Shown one piece after another: positions 19,862 to 28,989 of a stretch of DNA of 64,000 nucleotides. This stretch comes from an uncultured Chloroflexia bacterium (GTDB lineage: Bacteria > Chloroflexota > Anaerolineae > CG2-30-64-16): assembly GCA_963837925.1 (NCBI GenBank), contig CAWIPK010000005.1, positions 79,376-143,375 of the forward strand, read 5' to 3'. Position 1 is the first letter of the stretch, and every line of letters begins with the position of its first letter. The translations under genes were made by a program, and so were the position numbers. The notes below the pieces were generated by a model that did not search any database, was not told where the DNA came from, and was given only the letters and a program-made list of their open reading frames with translations.

Positions 19862-20107
19862 TCAGTGGCCGCAGGTGGCGCAGTGGCCTCCGCCGCACGA
19901 TCCGCAACCCCCGCCTCCCTGGCTGCCGGCCACCGGCCGGCTGCTCCCGCCGTTGTCCTTGCTGACCGCGGAAAAGACGGAGATCATGCGGCGTGCGCCG
20001 GCGGCGGCGCATTGCGGACAGGCAACGGGGCTGCCAGACTGGTTCATCGGGCGCAGCACCTCGAAAGGCGCAGCGCACTTCTCACAAAAGTATTCATATA
20101 GCGGCAT
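19862..20107 (-). CDS. FmdB-family zinc-ribbon protein.
   Basis: MPLYEYFCEKCAAPFEVL...VACPQCAAAGARRMIS with C-terminal Gly/Cys tail GGGGCGSCGGGHCATCGH. 81 aa. Confidence 0.75.
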   Translation of the reverse strand: MPLYEYFCEKCAAPFEVLRPMNQSGSPVACPQCAAAGARRMISVFSAVSKDNGGSSRPVAGSQGGGGCGSCGGGHCATCGH

Positions 20108-20124
20108 TGGATTACCTCGAGAAG

Positions 20125-21339
20125 ATGACTTGCGAGCATTCTAATCCAGGCGGCCCGGCGCGTCAAGTGCCGGCGACCCGGCCCTGCCCCGCGCTTAGCG
20201 GCCGGCCGGTCGGCCCTCGATGTTGGAAAGCCGTGCCCCACTGGGCCCTGGTTTGCCTGGCGCTGCTCGGCGGCCTGGCCTGCGCCGGTTTTGGCCCACC
20301 CGTCATCCGAGACGGGACCTACCCGCCCGGGCATCTTTACCCGGAGCAGATCGACGCCATGCGGCGCCTGGCAAGCGCACCTGGTATCAGCGCCGCGGCC
20401 GCTCTGGTGCTCGACGTCGACGCCAATCAGACCCTTTACGCCTTGCACGAGCACCAGGCTTTACCCCCCGCCAGTACGGCCAAGCTGATGACGGCCTTGC
20501 TCGTGCTCAACCGCCTGCCCTTGACCGATACGGTGCAGGTGTCTGCCCTGGCCGCGGCGACCGGCGGCAGTACGATGGGCCTGCAGGCCGGTGAGAAACT
20601 CAGCGTGCACGATCTGCTTTACGGCTTGCTGCTGCCCTCCGGCAACGATGCCGCCGTTGCCCTGGCCGAGCGGGTCGGCGGCAGCCAGGCAGCCTTTGTC
20701 GCGCTAATGAACGAGCAAGCTGCCCAGATGGGGCTGGCAGAGAGCCATTTCGCTAACCCTGACGGTGAGGACGTGCCGGAGCAGACGGTGAGCGCCGCCA
20801 ATCTGGTGACCCTCGCACGCGCCGATCTCTCCTACCCGGAGTTCGTGCGCATCGTGGCGACGCAGGAGGCGGATGTTGCCGGGCGACACCTGGTGAACAC
20901 CAACCAGTTGCTGGGCACCTACCCCGACGCGGACGGGATCAAGACCGGCACGACGGACGAGGCGGGCGAGTGCCTGGTCGCTTCGGTCACGCGCCACGGT
21001 CATCGCTTGCTCCTGGTTCTCCTGCACAGCGCCGATCGCTACGCCGACGCACGTGCGCTGCTCGACTACGCTGCCAGCGGTTGGTCTTGGGGAGCCGTGA
21101 CCTTGCCCGACGACGCGCTCGCCTCGGAGATTGGACCCGATGGACGGCGCTATCGGCTGCGCGTTGGGGGCGCTCCTGACTTGTTCATGCCCAACTGGCA
21201 GTGGAGGGTGGCCCGGACGGTGCGCGTGATAGATCGCAAGGCCGTATTCACTGGAGATAAGCCGGTGGGCAGCCTGATCCTAACGCTGGACGGCAATACC
21301 CTGGCCCGCGTCCCGTTGACGGTCTGGCCGGGTCCCTAG
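20125..21339 (+). CDS. D-alanyl-D-alanine carboxypeptidase (serine-type, peptidase S11 / PBP5-6 like). The exact start is uncertain.
   Basis: SXXK (ASTAKLMTALLVL), SGN (LLPSGNDAAVALA) and KTG (GIKTGTTDEAG) motifs are present. N-terminal hydrophobic signal VCLALLGGLACAGF. The ORF is open back to 19993; the first ATG is at 20125. Confidence 0.8.
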   Translation: MTCEHSNPGGPARQVPATRPCPALSGRPVGPRCWKAVPHWALVCLALLGGLACAGFGPPVIRDGTYPPGHLYPEQIDAMRRLASAPGISAAAALVLDVDANQTLYALHEHQALPPASTAKLMTALLVLNRLPLTDTVQVSALAAATGGSTMGLQAGEKLSVHDLLYGLLLPSGNDAAVALAERVGGSQAAFVALMNEQAAQMGLAESHFANPDGEDVPEQTVSAANLVTLARADLSYPEFVRIVATQEADVAGRHLVNTNQLLGTYPDADGIKTGTTDEAGECLVASVTRHGHRLLLVLLHSADRYADARALLDYAASGWSWGAVTLPDDALASEIGPDGRRYRLRVGGAPDLFMPNWQWRVARTVRVIDRKAVFTGDKPVGSLILTLDGNTLARVPLTVWPGP

Positions 21340-21352
21340 ATGAAGTTGGCTC

Positions 21353-22972
21353 ATGTCTGAAGAACGTCTCCAAAAAGTACTGGCGGCCGCCGGCATTGGA
21401 TCGCGGCGCGCTTGTGAAGAGCTGATCATTTCCGGGCGGGTCACCGTCGACGGCCGGGTGGTCAGCGAGTTGGGCGCCAAGGTGGACCCGGTGCAAGCCG
21501 ATATTCGGGTGGACGGGCGGCCCATCGCCGCCGAGCACTACCGCTATATCATGCTCCACAAGCCGGCCGGCTACCTTTCCAACCCCGACCGGCGTGCCGA
21601 ATATCCGGATTGGCAAGAGCTGGTCAAGGTCCCCGAACGTCTCTACGCGGTCGGCCGCCTGGATGTGGACAGCGAGGGCCTTCTATTGTTGACCAACGAC
21701 GGCGGCCTGGCCAACCGCTTGACGCACCCGCGTTACGAACACCCCAAGACCTACCTGGTACAGGTGCGAGGTTACCCCGACCCGCGCAAGCTGCGCCGGA
21801 TGCGGCATGGCGTCATGCTGGACGACGGCCCCACCGCCCCGGCGCTGGTTGAGTTGTTGCACACGCCGCCGCCTGAGGTAGAGCAGGGCCGCATGCGGGC
21901 AGAAGAGCAGCGGCGCAGGCGAGCCGGCCTGGAACCCGGCGTGAGTGAGCCCGGCCCGGCCGGCGGCATGCCGCCGGCTCCCCGCGGGCGCGCCCGTCGA
22001 CCCAGGCCGTCCATTTGGCTCAAGATCACCCTGCGCGAGGGACGGAAGCGGCAGTTGCGGCGCATGGTCTCCCTGCTCGGCCATCCGGCGCTAAGGGTAA
22101 TTCGCATCGGCCTGGGCCCGCTGGCCCTCGGCGACTTACGCCCCGGTAAATGGCGCGACCTGTCTGGCGGTGAAGTGCGGGCCCTGCGTGCTCTGGTTCC
22201 CGCCGCAGCCGGCCCCGCTCGGGCGGCCAGGCCGGACCGCTCCGATGAGACCAAGCCGCAGACCGAAAGGAAAACCAGACCGTTGCCTTCCACAATCGCG
22301 ATCGACGGCCCAGCCGCATCGGGCAAAAGCACCATCGGCGGCAGGTTGGCCGATGAACTGGACTATCTGTATTTCGACACCGGCGTGATGTATCGGGCGA
22401 TCACCTGTCTGGCCCTGGCTAGGGGTGTGCCCATCGGCGACGAAGATGCGGTCGGGCAGCTGGCCGAGGAAGTGCGCCTGGATGTGCTATCCCCTACCGT
22501 CGACGACGGTCGTGACGTCACGGTGCTGGCGGATGGCGAGGATATCACCCCGGAGCTGCGCCGGCCGGAGGTCGACGTGGCAGTCTCGCCCGTCTCGGCC
22601 TACCGCCGCGTGCGTGAGGCCTTGACCGCCCAACAGCGCCGGATCGGTGGGGCGGGACAGGTGATTATGGTCGGCCGTGATATCGGCACGGTGGTCATGC
22701 CCGGTGCCGAACTGAAGATCTATCTCGACGCTGCCCTGCGTGAGCGGGCCCACCGGCGCTACCTGGAGTGCATCGCGCGCGGCCAGCAAACCACTGAGGA
22801 TGAGGTGGCGGAGCGGTTGCGCCGCCGCGACCAGTTTGATTCCAGCCGTCAGCACGCCCCCCTCTCGGTTGCGCCGGATGCCATTGTCGTCGACAGCACC
22901 AGCCTGAGCATCGAGCAGGTGATGGAGCAGATGAGGGTGTTGGTCAGGCGCTGGGGAGAGCGGAAGAAGTAG
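21353..22972 (+). CDS. Fusion of a 23S rRNA pseudouridine synthase (RluB/RsuA family: S4 domain plus catalytic domain) and cytidylate kinase in one ORF.
   Basis: N-terminal S4 (LQKVLAAAGIGSRRACEELIISGRVTVDGR). PseudoU_synth_2 core (HYRYIMLHKPAGYLS ... RLYAVGRLDVDSEGLLLLTNDG ... YLVQVRGYP), with a low-complexity Arg/Pro insert. C-terminal Cmk P-loop (TIAIDGPAASGKSTIGGRLADELDYLYFDTGVMYRA ... GRDIGTVVMPGAELKIYL). 539 aa. Confidence 0.8.
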   Translation: MSEERLQKVLAAAGIGSRRACEELIISGRVTVDGRVVSELGAKVDPVQADIRVDGRPIAAEHYRYIMLHKPAGYLSNPDRRAEYPDWQELVKVPERLYAVGRLDVDSEGLLLLTNDGGLANRLTHPRYEHPKTYLVQVRGYPDPRKLRRMRHGVMLDDGPTAPALVELLHTPPPEVEQGRMRAEEQRRRRAGLEPGVSEPGPAGGMPPAPRGRARRPRPSIWLKITLREGRKRQLRRMVSLLGHPALRVIRIGLGPLALGDLRPGKWRDLSGGEVRALRALVPAAAGPARAARPDRSDETKPQTERKTRPLPSTIAIDGPAASGKSTIGGRLADELDYLYFDTGVMYRAITCLALARGVPIGDEDAVGQLAEEVRLDVLSPTVDDGRDVTVLADGEDITPELRRPEVDVAVSPVSAYRRVREALTAQQRRIGGAGQVIMVGRDIGTVVMPGAELKIYLDAALRERAHRRYLECIARGQQTTEDEVAERLRRRDQFDSSRQHAPLSVAPDAIVVDSTSLSIEQVMEQMRVLVRRWGERKK

Positions 22973-23659
22973 TTGAAGAGAAGTCACATCCCAATCGGCC
23001 GCTACATCTGGCAAGTCGTCCTCGTGTCCCTTGCCTGGCTGTTCGCGCGCGTTACTGCCCGCGAAACGCGGCTCGTGCCGGCTGAGGGCGCCGGGATCAT
23101 CTACTACAATCACATCCACTGGACGGATCCGCCGCTGATCTGCGCCAAGTCGCCTCGCTATGCCGTGCCCCTGGCCAAGATCGAAGCCCGCGGCTGGCCG
23201 GTAGTCGGCTGGCTGCTGCGCTGGTATCACGCGATCTTTATAGCGCGTGGCGTGGTCGACCGCACGGCGCTGAGGGCCACCTGGCAGGTACTGGATGACG
23301 GCGATGTCGCCGTCATCTCCCCGGAAGGACACCGCAGCGAGGATGGCGGGCTGCAGGCGGCCAAAGAGGGCCTGGCCTTCATCGCGCATCACAACCCCGA
23401 CTGCTGGTTGATACCGTGTGCCGTCACCGGCACCCCGGCTTTTGACTTCAAGCACTTCTGGCGCCGTCCCCGCATCACCCTTACCTTCGGCCGTCCATTC
23501 CGTTTCTGCTGGCCGGAGGGCAAGGCCAGCCGAGACGTGCAGCGAGCGATGACAGATGAGGCCATGACCCAATTCCTGCCGCTCTTGCCGCCCGACATGC
23601 ACGGCGATTACGCCGGTCGGGACCCGTCTGCCGTCCGCTGGCTTGAGATTCTGGTCTGA
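22973..23659 (+). CDS. plsC: 1-acyl-sn-glycerol-3-phosphate acyltransferase (PlsC family).
   Basis: TTG start immediately after the cmk stop. HX4D-region equivalent (IYYNHIHWTDPP) and acyltransferase motif (VISPEGHRS). 228 aa. Confidence 0.65.
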   Translation: MKRSHIPIGRYIWQVVLVSLAWLFARVTARETRLVPAEGAGIIYYNHIHWTDPPLICAKSPRYAVPLAKIEARGWPVVGWLLRWYHAIFIARGVVDRTALRATWQVLDDGDVAVISPEGHRSEDGGLQAAKEGLAFIAHHNPDCWLIPCAVTGTPAFDFKHFWRRPRITLTFGRPFRFCWPEGKASRDVQRAMTDEAMTQFLPLLPPDMHGDYAGRDPSAVRWLEILV

Positions 23660-23737
23660 GGGACGGTGCGCCGGGCCGCAGGCCGTGTTTTCTGGAATCG
23701 TGCTTCTAGAAGCCGCTTCTTTCCCTTACGATACTGA

Positions 23738-23766
23738 TTGCGTATTGGCCGGTTTTAGAGTATAGT
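23738..23766 (+). promoter_or_regulatory. Sigma70-like promoter for the glmS leader: TTGCGT (23738-23743), 17-nt spacer, TATAGT (23761-23766).
   Basis: Predicted TSS ~23773, i.e. ~17 nt upstream of the ribozyme cleavage-site motif AGCGCC at 23791. Confidence 0.45.
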
Positions 23767-23784
23767 GAGCCAGTATTCTCTGGG

Positions 23785-23950
23785 GAGAATAGCGCCAGGT
23801 CCGAGCCCAGGTGGGTCGGATGACGAGGTGGAGGTTCCTCACCGCGAGGTGAGTGCTAACCCCGGGCATCTCCGGGGGAACATCGAACAGATCGGCGGAC
23901 GCCTCCAGGACCAGCCACGGTCCTCTTCTCCCCCAACCATATACGTCAGG
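23785..23950 (+). ncRNA. glmS ribozyme (GlcN6P-responsive self-cleaving riboswitch) in the glmS 5' leader.
   Basis: A|GCGCCAGG at 23791. Core strings GACGAGGTGGAGGTT, ACATCGAA and CGGCGGACGCCTCCAGG correspond to the conserved B. subtilis-type core GACGAGGAUGGAGGUU / AUCGAA / CGGCGGAUGCCUCCCGG, with an inserted GC-rich hairpin in the variable loop. The element ends in CAGGGGGACC just before the glmS ATG. Confidence 0.7.
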
Positions 23951-23957
23951 GGGACCC

Positions 23958-25805
23958 ATGTGTGGAATCGTCGCTTACATTGGGCCGCGTAATGCCGCGC
24001 AGATCATCATGGACGGACTGCGCCGGCTCGAATACCGCGGCTATGATTCGGCCGGCATTGCCGTCATTCAGGATGGGCACATTTCCGTCCGGCGCGACGT
24101 CGGCAAGCTGAGCAATCTGGCCCAACGCCTGGCCGAGGCGCCCATCACCGGGCAGACGGGCATCGGCCATACCCGTTGGGCCACCCACGGCCGGCCCAGC
24201 GAGCGCAACGCCCACCCGCACTCCGACGGCAATGGCGGGGTCGTGGTGGTGCAGAACGGCATCGTCGAGAACTTCCGCGAGCTGCGCGCTGAATTGGAGG
24301 CGGAAGGGATCCAGTTTCGCTCCGACACCGACACGGAGGTTATCGCCCATCTGATCGGGCTCTACTACAGCCCCGAGCGTGCCCTGAGCGAAGCGGTGCG
24401 GCTGGCCCTGCGGCGACTGCGCGGACCGAGCGCCATCGTCGCCCTGTCGGCGCGCGAGCCGGACACCCTGGTCGCGGCCCGCCTGGGCAACGCCGGTGGA
24501 GTAGCGATCGGCTTCGGCGAGGGCGAGATGTTCGTCGCCTCCGACATGCCGGCGATTCTGGAACACACCCGGCTCATATCCTTTCTCGAAAACGGTCAGA
24601 TGGCCCTGCTGACCCGCGCCGGTGCCACTTTCAGCCGGCTGGATGGGGAGATCATCCATCCCCGGGTGCAGGACATCCCCTGGGATGCCGTCTCGGCCGC
24701 CAAGGGGGCCTACAAGCACTTCATGCAGAAGGAGATCTACGAACAGGCCGGCTCGTTGACCGACACCATTCGCGGGCGGGTCGACCTGGGGCAGGGCGAG
24801 GTCTGTCTCGAAGAAGTTCACATAACGGAAGAGATGGCGCGCGGGCTGACGGAAGTGGTCGGTGTTGCCTGTGGGACTTCGCATCACTCCGAGCTCGTCG
24901 GCGCCTTCATGTTCGAACAGCTCGCCCGCTTGCCGGTGCGGGTCGAATACGCCTCCGAGTTTCGCTATCGCGATCCGGTGATCGGCCGCAGCTCGCTTCT
25001 GCTCGCCATCACCCAGTCCGGCGAGACGGTGGACACCCTGGCAGCGATGGAAGAGGGCAGGGATAAGGGTGCTCACCTGCTCTCGATCGTCAACGCCATC
25101 GGCAGCCAGGCGGCGCGTGTCTCCGACAGCGTCGTCTACATGCACACCGGTCCCGAGATCGGCGTTGCCTCCACCAAGGCTTTCACGGCTTCCCTGGTCG
25201 ACCAATACCTGCTCGCAGTCAGCCTGGGCACGCTGCGCGGCACCCTGCCGGCCGAGCGGCGCCGGGCCTTGCTCGACGACCTGGCCGCCCTGCCGGCGCT
25301 GGTCGGGCGGCTGCTCGAGCCCTCAGGGCAGGAGTTCTACCGGCAGTTGGCCCAGACCTTCTTCCAACACACCGACTTTCTTTACCTCGGCCGGGGCGTC
25401 AACTTCCCCATCGCTCTCGAAGGCGCGCTGAAGCTCAAGGAGATCAGTTACATCCATGCCGAGGGCTACCCGGCCGGCGAGATGAAACACGGCCCAATCG
25501 CCCTGATCGACGAGCACATGCCGGTGGTCGCCATCGCGCCGCGTGACCGGGTTTACGACAAGATGATCAGCCAGATCGAGCAGGTCAAGGCGCGCGGCGG
25601 CATCGTGATCGCCGTCGCGGACGAGGATGACGACTCCATCCGTACCAAGGCGGACTACATTCTGCCCATCCCGCACGCAGCCGAGCTGCTGACCCCGGTG
25701 CTGGCGGTGGTCCCACTGCAACTGTTGGCCTACTACATCGCCGTCCGCCGCGGCGCCGACGTCGACCAGCCGCGCAATTTGGCCAAGAGCGTCACGGTGG
25801 AGTGA
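23958..25805 (+). CDS. glmS: Glutamine--fructose-6-phosphate aminotransferase (isomerizing).
   Basis: MCGIVAYIG N-terminal nucleophile Cys start. Glutaminase domain plus two SIS domains. The C-terminus ends ...NLAKSVTVE. The ORF is open upstream to 23853, but the catalytic Cys must be residue 2. Confidence 0.95.
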   Translation: MCGIVAYIGPRNAAQIIMDGLRRLEYRGYDSAGIAVIQDGHISVRRDVGKLSNLAQRLAEAPITGQTGIGHTRWATHGRPSERNAHPHSDGNGGVVVVQNGIVENFRELRAELEAEGIQFRSDTDTEVIAHLIGLYYSPERALSEAVRLALRRLRGPSAIVALSAREPDTLVAARLGNAGGVAIGFGEGEMFVASDMPAILEHTRLISFLENGQMALLTRAGATFSRLDGEIIHPRVQDIPWDAVSAAKGAYKHFMQKEIYEQAGSLTDTIRGRVDLGQGEVCLEEVHITEEMARGLTEVVGVACGTSHHSELVGAFMFEQLARLPVRVEYASEFRYRDPVIGRSSLLLAITQSGETVDTLAAMEEGRDKGAHLLSIVNAIGSQAARVSDSVVYMHTGPEIGVASTKAFTASLVDQYLLAVSLGTLRGTLPAERRRALLDDLAALPALVGRLLEPSGQEFYRQLAQTFFQHTDFLYLGRGVNFPIALEGALKLKEISYIHAEGYPAGEMKHGPIALIDEHMPVVAIAPRDRVYDKMISQIEQVKARGGIVIAVADEDDDSIRTKADYILPIPHAAELLTPVLAVVPLQLLAYYIAVRRGADVDQPRNLAKSVTVE

Positions 25806-25859
25806 GTGATAGCAAGTAGCCGAGGACCTGGCATCGCCGGCGGCAGACGGCAGACCGAC

Positions 25860-26486
25860 ATGAGCAAGTTTGAGCCCAACGACTCTAAAGCCTATACCTC
25901 TGGCTTCGACGCGTTTTACTCGCGTTTCAGCGGGATCTACGACTTCCTGGTCAAGCACACCCCGCTCTGGAATGCCTGGATTGGGCCGGCTATCCCTCAC
26001 ATCCATGGCCCTCGCGTGCTTGAGGTCTCCTTCGGGACGGGCTGGCTGCTCAGCCGCTACGCGGGTCGCTTTGATAGCTACGGGATCGATCTGAACGAGG
26101 AGATGATCCGGATCACGTCCCGAAACCTTCAAGCGGCCGGGATCGCTCTTCCGCTTCAAAGGGCGGTGGTCGAGGCGCTCCCTTACGGTAGCGAAGTCTT
26201 CGACACGGTGGTCAACACCATGGCCTTCTCTGGCTATCCCAGGGCTGACGACGCACTGAGCGAGATCCGCCGGGTGCTCAAGCCAGGTGCCCGGCTCGTG
26301 CTCATCGATGTTGGCGTCCCCGCCGATGGCAACTGGGCCGGCAGGGCCCTGGCCCGCTTCGTCGAGGCAACCGGCGATATTCTCAGGGATATGGCCCCGC
26401 TTTTCACCCGGCACGGGTTCGCCTTCAGCCACGAGGCCATCGGCGGCTTCGGCGCAGTCCAGCTGTACGTCGCCGCCAAGAAATGA
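25860..26486 (+). CDS. Class I SAM-dependent methyltransferase.
   Basis: Motif I-like VLEVSFGTGWL and the Methyltransf_11 pattern (VLKPGARLVLIDVG). Starts at ATG 25860, in frame with ORF 25806. Confidence 0.75.
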   Translation: MSKFEPNDSKAYTSGFDAFYSRFSGIYDFLVKHTPLWNAWIGPAIPHIHGPRVLEVSFGTGWLLSRYAGRFDSYGIDLNEEMIRITSRNLQAAGIALPLQRAVVEALPYGSEVFDTVVNTMAFSGYPRADDALSEIRRVLKPGARLVLIDVGVPADGNWAGRALARFVEATGDILRDMAPLFTRHGFAFSHEAIGGFGAVQLYVAAKK

Positions 26487-26701
26487 GTCCCGTATCAACC
26501 GGCGTCGTTTGCGGCCTCGCGACCGCTTTGTCCCTCTTGCGGCAAACGTTTGTTCCATGGTACACTAGTACTGTGAGGGATCGTGGCTGCGTCGTTACGT
26601 CATTGCGTCGTTTGGTCGAGCGCCAGCCGGCGGGCCAGTTGAGACTCTGAGCGAGGGTTGGCACTCCCGCACTCTGACATAGACTGAAGGAGCAATCTGC
26701 T

Positions 26702-27781
26702 ATGGCTACCCTGAACGGCCGAACGTACACTCGGGCTGAACTGCTCAAGCACGTCGGCGAGGTGGACCAGGTCGCGGGCGTCCAGACGGGCGAGCTCGCC
26801 GACGGCTTTGAACGCGGCGTCCGCACGGCCCGCCTCTACACCGGCAGCGGCTTCGATTTCACGGTGCTCGTCGATCGCGGCCTGGACATTGGCCCGGCAA
26901 CCTTCGCCGGTGCCTCCCTGGCTTGGCGCTCGCCGACCGGCGCGCTCTCGCCGGCCTTCTACGAACCCGAAGGCCTTGGATGGCTGCGCGGCTTCGGGGG
27001 AGGCCTCGTAGTGACCTGCGGTCTGTCCACTTACGGGACGCCGAGTCTCGACGAGGGCCAACGGCTCGGCCAGCACGGCCGGGCCTCGTATCTGCCGGCG
27101 ACGCACTTCGCCTATGGTGGCGAGTGGCACGGCGACGAGTATGAGGTGTGGGTTAGCGGCCAGACGCGTGAGGCAGCCGTTTTCGGCGAGAACCTGCGCC
27201 TGCAGAGGCGCATCTCCGCTCGCCTGGGCGAATCCCGGCTCTTCATCGACGACGTCGTCACCAACGATGCTTTCGACCCGGCACCACACATGTTGCTTTA
27301 TCACTGCAACTTCGGCTTTCCACTCCTCGACGAGGGCAGCGAGCTGCTCTGTGATTCCGAGGTTCGCCCACGTGACGACACTGCGGCCCCCGGGCTCAGC
27401 CAATGCCGCCGCTTTGAGCCGCCCACGACCGGCTATCGCGAGCAGGTCTTCTACCACACGCCCGCGGCCGGAGGCGACGGCTATGCCCAGGCGGCGCTGG
27501 TCAACCGGGCCTTTGCGGGGGGGAACGGCCTGGGCGTCTATCTCCGCTTCCTGCCCGACGAACTGCCGTTGTTGATCGAGTGGAAGATGATGGGCGAGGG
27601 CACCTACGTCTGCGGCCTCGAGCCCGGCACCAATGAGGCCGGCGGCCGGGCCGCAGAGCGGGCGGCCGGGCGGCTGCGCTACCTGGCTCCCGGCGAAAGT
27701 CAGCGCTACCACCTCGAGATCGGCGTCCTGCCCTCCGTGGCGGCCATAAACTCCTTCGCGGGCGGCCTGGCTGCCCCTTGA
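26702..27781 (+). CDS. DUF4432 / aldose-1-epimerase-like (galactose mutarotase fold) family protein.
   Basis: 359-aa ORF with the pattern typical of this family (LYHCNFGFPLL ... EWKMMGEGTYVCGLEPGT). The 215-nt 5' leader carries repeated GCGTCGTT(T) motifs. Confidence 0.55.
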   Translation: MATLNGRTYTRAELLKHVGEVDQVAGVQTGELADGFERGVRTARLYTGSGFDFTVLVDRGLDIGPATFAGASLAWRSPTGALSPAFYEPEGLGWLRGFGGGLVVTCGLSTYGTPSLDEGQRLGQHGRASYLPATHFAYGGEWHGDEYEVWVSGQTREAAVFGENLRLQRRISARLGESRLFIDDVVTNDAFDPAPHMLLYHCNFGFPLLDEGSELLCDSEVRPRDDTAAPGLSQCRRFEPPTTGYREQVFYHTPAAGGDGYAQAALVNRAFAGGNGLGVYLRFLPDELPLLIEWKMMGEGTYVCGLEPGTNEAGGRAAERAAGRLRYLAPGESQRYHLEIGVLPSVAAINSFAGGLAAP

Positions 27782-27842
27782 TCGACACCGCTTGTTTTTT
27801 CGGTCCAAGTAGTGTAGAAAGTATTTTCTAGTAGCCTAATCA

Positions 27843-27872
27843 GGGCGGGCACGGGCCCGCCCTTCTCGTCAC
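27843..27872 (+). terminator. Possible intrinsic terminator after the DUF4432 gene.
   Basis: GC hairpin gggcgggc / gcccgccc followed by ttctcgtc. The U-tract is weak. Confidence 0.35.
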
Positions 27873-27894
27873 TTGCCTGGGACAGGAGGTTGAT

Positions 27895-28791
27895 TTGTCG
27901 AGGAAAGACCAGTTGCCCGCCGCGTCCGGCGCGCTGCTGCCGACGGTCGGAAATCCGGGGACGTTCGAATGGTGTGAAGAAGTTGTCGAAGTGATGAACG
28001 CAGCCTGGCGCACGCGCGAAACGGCCGAGCAGGGCTTCCTGGCAGCCGTACGGGCGGCGTACGAGTACCGGATCTGGGAGATGCTCTCACCGCCGCCCCC
28101 CGCAGAGCCGATCACTTCGCTGGACGGCTTGATCCGGCGCCTGGCCGACCCAGGTCAGGCCGAGCCGATGCAGATCGCCATCCGCTTCAGCGGCGTCCTG
28201 GAGCGATCGGCGCCGCAAGACGGCAGGCCGGTGGCTGGCCTCGAGGCCGGGACGATCCCGGGCGACACGGCGAGCGTCCCGGCCGCCGGCCCTGGCCGCG
28301 GCCAGGTCAGCCTGCCGGCGCCCGGCGCCGGGCCGGCCGGCCGGCCGAAGGGCCCGTTGAGCGAAGAAGAAGAGGTCGCCCTCGGCAACGCCTTGCTGGA
28401 CCAGTACGCCGCGGCACCACCCTGGGACGCCTCGCAGCTTGCGTCCGGGGGACAGGGATCGGGGGTGGCCTCCGGTGGAGCGAGTTCTGCCGACCAGCCG
28501 GCTGAAGCGGCCGCGCCACGGCGCACGGCCGCGCAACGCAAGCGCGATCGGCTGGAGCGCACCTATCCCGACCTGGCCGAGGCGGTCGATGCTGGCGAGA
28601 TGACCTTGAAGCAAGCTTACGTCCAGGCCGGGATCGAGAAGGAAGTGCGCACGCTCGACAAGCTGCAGCGTCTCTGGCGCGCGGCCTCAGAAGAAGAACG
28701 CCAGCGCTTCCTGAACTGGATCGAACAGGAAGAAGGGCTCGAGAGCCGCCGCGAGTACGAGAAGCAGATCTACGGTGAGGATGCAGGGTAA
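27895..28791 (+). CDS. Hypothetical protein with no recognised family. It has a Pro/Gly/Ala-rich central linker and a helical C-terminal region.
   Basis: TTG start 5 nt after AGGAGG. 298-aa ORF with ordinary coding composition. C-terminal segment AEAVDAGEMTLKQAYVQAGIEKEV looks HTH-like. Confidence 0.45.
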   Translation: MSRKDQLPAASGALLPTVGNPGTFEWCEEVVEVMNAAWRTRETAEQGFLAAVRAAYEYRIWEMLSPPPPAEPITSLDGLIRRLADPGQAEPMQIAIRFSGVLERSAPQDGRPVAGLEAGTIPGDTASVPAAGPGRGQVSLPAPGAGPAGRPKGPLSEEEEVALGNALLDQYAAAPPWDASQLASGGQGSGVASGGASSADQPAEAAAPRRTAAQRKRDRLERTYPDLAEAVDAGEMTLKQAYVQAGIEKEVRTLDKLQRLWRAASEEERQRFLNWIEQEEGLESRREYEKQIYGEDAG

Positions 28792-28989
28792 GGGTCCGGG
28801 CCGGGCGACCTCCCGTTGCTCTCGCCCAAAGCGCTCCGCGCCTGCCTCCCGCGAAGTTCCCTCTCTTCCGCTGAGCGGAGAGAGGGCCGGGGGTGAGAGA
28901 GGTCGATGTCAGGCAACGGTCCCGATTTCGTCAGGACGGGCCGGCCCAGCCGGAGTTAAATGAGGGCGAGTTCTAGAAGGGGGAGTCGT

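Noticed and set aside
23946-25205. 419-aa minus-strand ORF antisense to glmS
   Set aside because: glmS on the + strand is unambiguous. The antisense product has no motifs.
28858-28888. 12-bp GC hairpin (ccctctcttccgc / gcggagagaggg) upstream of NfeD as an intrinsic terminator
   Set aside because: No U-tract follows it on either strand. It may be a regulatory or processing structure, but it is not a canonical terminator.
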